Source of the DNA: Fistulifera solaris
Lineage: Eukaryota
Direction: 5' to 3'
NCBI GenBank assembly: GCA_030295235.1
Contig: AP026123.1
Coordinates: 2,480,001 to 2,544,000, forward strand
Length of the DNA: 64,000 nt
Position 1 is the stretch's first letter. Every line of letters begins with the position of its first letter. The notes under the pieces were generated by a model. It ran no database searches. It was not told where the DNA came from and saw nothing but the letters and a program-made list of their open reading frames with translations. Both the position numbers and the translations under genes were made by a program. Shown here piece after piece: positions 59,870-64,000 of this stretch.

Positions 59870-62072
59870 ATGAGTCACATGTGGGCCGACTATTACGATA
59901 GTCGTAAAGACGAAATCATTTCTTTCGAATCCGACGGTGAAAATGAGATGGACCATGACGAAGAAGCTATCATGGTCGACAGCCGATCGAAATCCAGAGA
60001 GCCCGATGGTCTTTTCCTCGTCGAAGACGACGATAATCTCAGTGATGATGACGAGATGCCGGATATGATCTACCGGGATGACCCAACGCCGCTCACGAGT
60101 CCCAAGTCGAGACAGCAAGCTTCCAAATTCTCGTTGAACGACCACAGCATGCCTTACGTCAACAATCTCCACAATCTTCGCAATGTACAGCCGGAAAAGA
60201 TCAAAATTTACAAGTTTCGGACAGTGCTCTGTGTGGTTCTCGCCATTTTCGCGACGGGCATGACACTCGGTTTTGTTCTGCGCGCGGAGGAGGACAAATA
60301 TATGGCGGCACATCCGAAGCCGGGGGCACCGGTGAATAGCCCAACGGGAGGAAGCTCCCCGGTGTACCGGTCGTTCCGGGAGGAGATTCCGAGGCGGCCG
60401 ATACAGGAAAATTGGGTCAAGTGAAAGAACTACTCATCCGCCACGCTGTCTCCAGCTCGGATGACCTAGGTACGATGGGTTCTCCGCAGTGGAATGCCAT
60501 GCACTGGATTACGTTAGTGGACGAAGCGCAAATGCCGCTACCCGATGAAAATGACAAGGATGCTGTTTACAAGTTCGTACAGCGCTATGTGATGGCCCTC
60601 CTTTACTATGACACCAACGGACAGGCGTGGGAGCATGGATTGCACTGGCTCTCGTCGACGGGAATCTGCGAATGGTTGGACTTTGTAGGAGATGTGAATC
60701 ACCAGAAACACAATACAGGACTCGGTTGTGACGCCGACGGAAATCTCAAAATTTTGTCTCTGGGTAAGACGATCTTGCAATGAGAGCACTGGAGTGCACG
60801 TGTCAAAACTAACACTTGTTTTGTGTCGCAGACTACGAAAAAATGAGCGGTTCGATCCCGACTGAATTTGGACTATTGACGACGCTAAAAGAGATCAATT
60901 TGGCAGGAAACTCGATTGAAGGCAGCATTCCGACAGAAATTTGCCGACTGAAATACCTTGAAATATTTGCCTTGGATCAGAATTTCATTGAAGGGACGCT
61001 ACCGGAATGCTTTGCCAATTTGATTCGACTCGAAGGTTTAGGACTAGGTGACAATCTTATGACAGGAAAGCTCCCGCTTGGATCGTTCGACAACTTGAAA
61101 GACCTCTTGATCAACGACAACGAGTTTAGTGGTGATCTTGACATCAGTAAACTCACATTCCTCGAGGTGCTTGACGTGAAAGGAAATTCATTCTCGGGTA
61201 CGGTGGATGCCAATCTTTTCGGCGATTTGAAAAACTTGCAATATGTCGACTTGTCGGACAATGAATTCTCCTCCACTGAATTCCCCAGTTTCTTTTTTAC
61301 CTTCCCTAACCTGGGTGTATTGGACCTTTCCCAAAACAACATTCAAGGCGAATTGCCCGCAGATATCGGTCTCAACACTCAGTTAAAGTACCTGGCTGTT
61401 CATTCGAATAGTTTAAGCGGTGAAGTTCCGTACAACATTGTCAACTTACAGAACTTGACACACTTGAATATTGGTCAGAATGACTTTATCGGCAGATTCC
61501 CGATTCAGCTGAGCCGCATGACGAACTTGGACGTTTTGTATCTGCCTGATTTGCCTGGTTTGGACGCCGGACGAATGCCGGATGACTTTATCACCTTGGA
61601 CAAGTTGAAAATCTTATCTTTGCGCAATACGAATCGAAATTACTTTTTACCAGCGGAATTCGCTCGCATGAGACATTTGGAATACCTCGACATTTCTCAC
61701 AACGCGTTGACGGGAGGATTACCCGTGGCATGGGGCACAGATTTTCTTTACATGCGGGTGTTGTTGGTGAATGACAATCCCAATTTGCAAGGTGATATTC
61801 CCACCACATTTACCAAGCTGGGTGCTTTGGGACAACTGTTTATTCAGGGAACCAATCTCGGAAAGAGCACTCTACCTTCATTGTGCACGACCATGATACG
61901 GTCGCAAGGATCTCAATCCATTTTCGCCAGCTGCGAGAATGGTCGAATTGACTGCCCCTGTTGCATGTGCTGTTCTGCGAATGATGACAAGTGCGGAGCC
62001 AATTTGATGGGCGAGTACGATGCCAACTGGGATGCCGAATTCCGTGTAGGACAGGTCCCCTCCTCAAGGTAA
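59870..62072 (+). CDS. Type II membrane LRR protein (copy 2)
   Basis: TM helix, SPQWNA..QRYVMALLYY cap, LRRs, CPCCMCC end; intron 60764-60831; indel near 60410. Confidence 0.88.
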
Positions 62073-62266
62073 AAGAAAGGCATCTATTGCTGCGTCAAGA
62101 CCTCTAAATAATGAAACGAAAGTACATGTAATAGCCCCCAACATTTATTATCAGTTCATTCTTTTAAACTGATAACCCGAGTCGGTGTATTCAATGCAAT
62201 AAGTAATAGTTGAAAACGTTTTGGCTTTAGGCTGACCTGCAATGTGCGCAACTCTTTATTTCTTCG

Positions 62267-62548
62267 TTACTTCTTGCTCGACCGCGGCAGCGATTCTTTC
62301 GCTCGAACATGCTTGGACGAGTAGATAGTACCACTACCGCCGCTACCACCTCGATCCTGTTGTCGCTTATCTATCTTGCTTCCCGAAGTTGCTGCAAAAT
62401 CATCATAATCATCGTATTCATCGGCCGCTTCGAAAAACTGCGTACTATCGACACTATTTTCACGCGCGGTCTCCTTTCCTGGAGCAATCTCACTAGGTAG
62501 CGTACCGCCCTCCTCGTCTGTCGCTTGCTTCTTCGATTCAAAAGACAT
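62267..62548 (-). CDS. Small hypothetical protein
   Basis: 93-aa hydrophilic ORF with GTIYSSKHVR motif. Confidence 0.5.
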   Translation of the reverse strand: MSFESKKQATDEEGGTLPSEIAPGKETARENSVDSTQFFEAADEYDDYDDFAATSGSKIDKRQQDRGGSGGSGTIYSSKHVRAKESLPRSSKK

Positions 62549-62898
62549 ATGTACCTGTATTTGGATTACTGAGCGGTCTGATACGAGATAATAACGACTT
62601 CAGCACCTGTTTCTGCAAAATGATGAAAACTGCAACGGCTTTATTTTTTGCGGCTTCGTTTCTGGTGTCTTTCAAGTCGTATCGGGAACGCCAACGGTGT
62701 CTTTTACGATTCATTCCGCATTCCCGAGTCCCGAAATCTATGGACTGATGTTCTTTTCGTTTCTATTTCCCTTCGACTTCTCAATGGCCGTTCGTATCTT
62801 CCAAGGCATATAGTATGCACACGCAATTCATAAAAACAACACCATTGCAAAATTGCAGCCATTTTTTGTGAGCTTCCTTCCGTCATCCACCACTGAAC

Positions 62899-63340
62899 AT
62901 GACTCTTCAAACTATTTTCCGACATAGCACTAGATTGGCTCGACGTCGCTTAGCTTCGACCGCAGCAGTCCCCAAGCCTCCCGTTCCCGAGGCCATCTTG
63001 AAAAGAATGACTTCAAAACGAACTACCTTAGTGATCCGTCGACCTATCCGTTATTTGGGGGTCATGGCAGCGGCGGGGTGATTGTCGTCATCTTTACGGT
63101 CAATATGGTGAATTACAAGAACTGGAGTATCCTTCCTTCGTCGAAAAACGAGACTTTGGAAAAGATCCAACTCCGACCAAGAAGTCAATTACGGAGATTG
63201 TTTCGCGAGAACCGATTACGTTTCACCCGCAGGCCATGAAGGACACTCGAGCGGAAAAGAAAGGTCTTGGTGTCGAACATAAGGAAATGTTGAGCGCACC
63301 CGGGTCCATGAAGCCTTCGGATCAGTATGAAAAAATTTAA
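62899..63340 (+). CDS. NDUFA4/B12D-like paralogue (frameshifted in assembly)
   Basis: Colinear with 63430-63834: PKPPVP, DFKT..LSDPSTYPL, EIV.REP..FH.Q, GLGVEH; breaks fall in homopolymer runs. Confidence 0.7.
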
Positions 63341-63429
63341 TGAATTATTCATAGTGTATAATATGTCGATGTTTTTTCTATTTAGATACATTCATGGTGA
63401 GAAGATTTTATAGATGTAACATTTGCTGT

Positions 63430-63834
63430 TTATCGTCCTTTGGATTTCAACCACTCTTCATGGTCAACTCCAAGTCCTTCTCGTCGAATATCCTTAAATC
63501 CTTGAGCGTGGAAACCTCTAGGCTCTCGGGTAATGATCTCGACGAGCGTGGTTCGGCGACCCGAATCTTGTGGCATCGTCTCGTGTTTCGCCGAAGGAGT
63601 GATTTTCACATTCTTATAACCAAGTCCATTGATGGACATGCCGACCATGAATGTCATGGCCGTTGTCATGATCACAATCAATGGATACGTCGAGGGGTCG
63701 CTCAAAAAAGTAGTCTTGAAATCTTTGTTCTTGGTAAGAGATGCCGGAATCGGTGGTTTGGGGGCGGTCGCAAGAGAAGCAAAGCGTCGGCTGGCCAAAG
63801 TGGCGTTGCGCTGCATGATGGTACGGAGACTCAT
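63430..63834 (-). CDS. NDUFA4/B12D-like mitochondrial membrane protein
   Basis: Presequence, FLSDPSTYPLIVIM TM segment, VKITP..K motif. Confidence 0.75.
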   Translation of the reverse strand: MSLRTIMQRNATLASRRFASLATAPKPPIPASLTKNKDFKTTFLSDPSTYPLIVIMTTAMTFMVGMSINGLGYKNVKITPSAKHETMPQDSGRRTTLVEIITREPRGFHAQGFKDIRREGLGVDHEEWLKSKGR

Positions 63835-64000
63835 GGTTTAGATTTGCTAGAGCAAAGAAAGATATTTGAAAGTTTTTGTGAGATATTGGATTGTGAGAAG
63901 AGAATGTGTTAGTTTGAAACTGTTTTGACACGACGAAGATGCAAAGAATTTGCGAAGAATGCGAACCCGACGGGCCCCCAATGAGAATTTTTGACGCGAA

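Overview
Gene-dense eukaryotic nuclear DNA with short GT-AG introns, very likely from a pennate diatom. Evidence for that: a KEA3 with EF-hands, a cyclase-PDE fusion, ASAFAP-type bipartite presequences and diatom-type LRR proteins. About 35 protein genes are recognisable, including IMP3, a CCT-domain protein, RPL7A, mitochondrial EF-Tu, DNAJC21/JJJ1, an H2A.X-like histone, RRN7-like, two aldehyde dehydrogenases, WAPL-like and tandem paralogues. Many carry single-base indels in homopolymers, most simply explained as assembly errors. Non-obvious features: (1) a selenocysteine tRNA (anticodon UCA) at 11414-11500 (-); (2) an ~290-nt highly structured, GU-rich non-coding segment at ~50600-50890 with a partly RNase MRP/P-like layout; (3) next to it, a 1.55-kb satellite of ~52-bp palindromic units in ~210-bp higher-order repeats, with a short sister array at ~37 kb; (4) a dispersed ~60-nt module with a GACTG..CAGTC hairpin, present at least 8 times and usually inside paired 210-240-bp direct repeats; (5) a Cu/Zn-SOD homologue lacking all four copper ligands; (6) a soluble WW-domain/GT7 glycosyltransferase fusion. 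All calls are by-eye pattern recognition; no searches were run.
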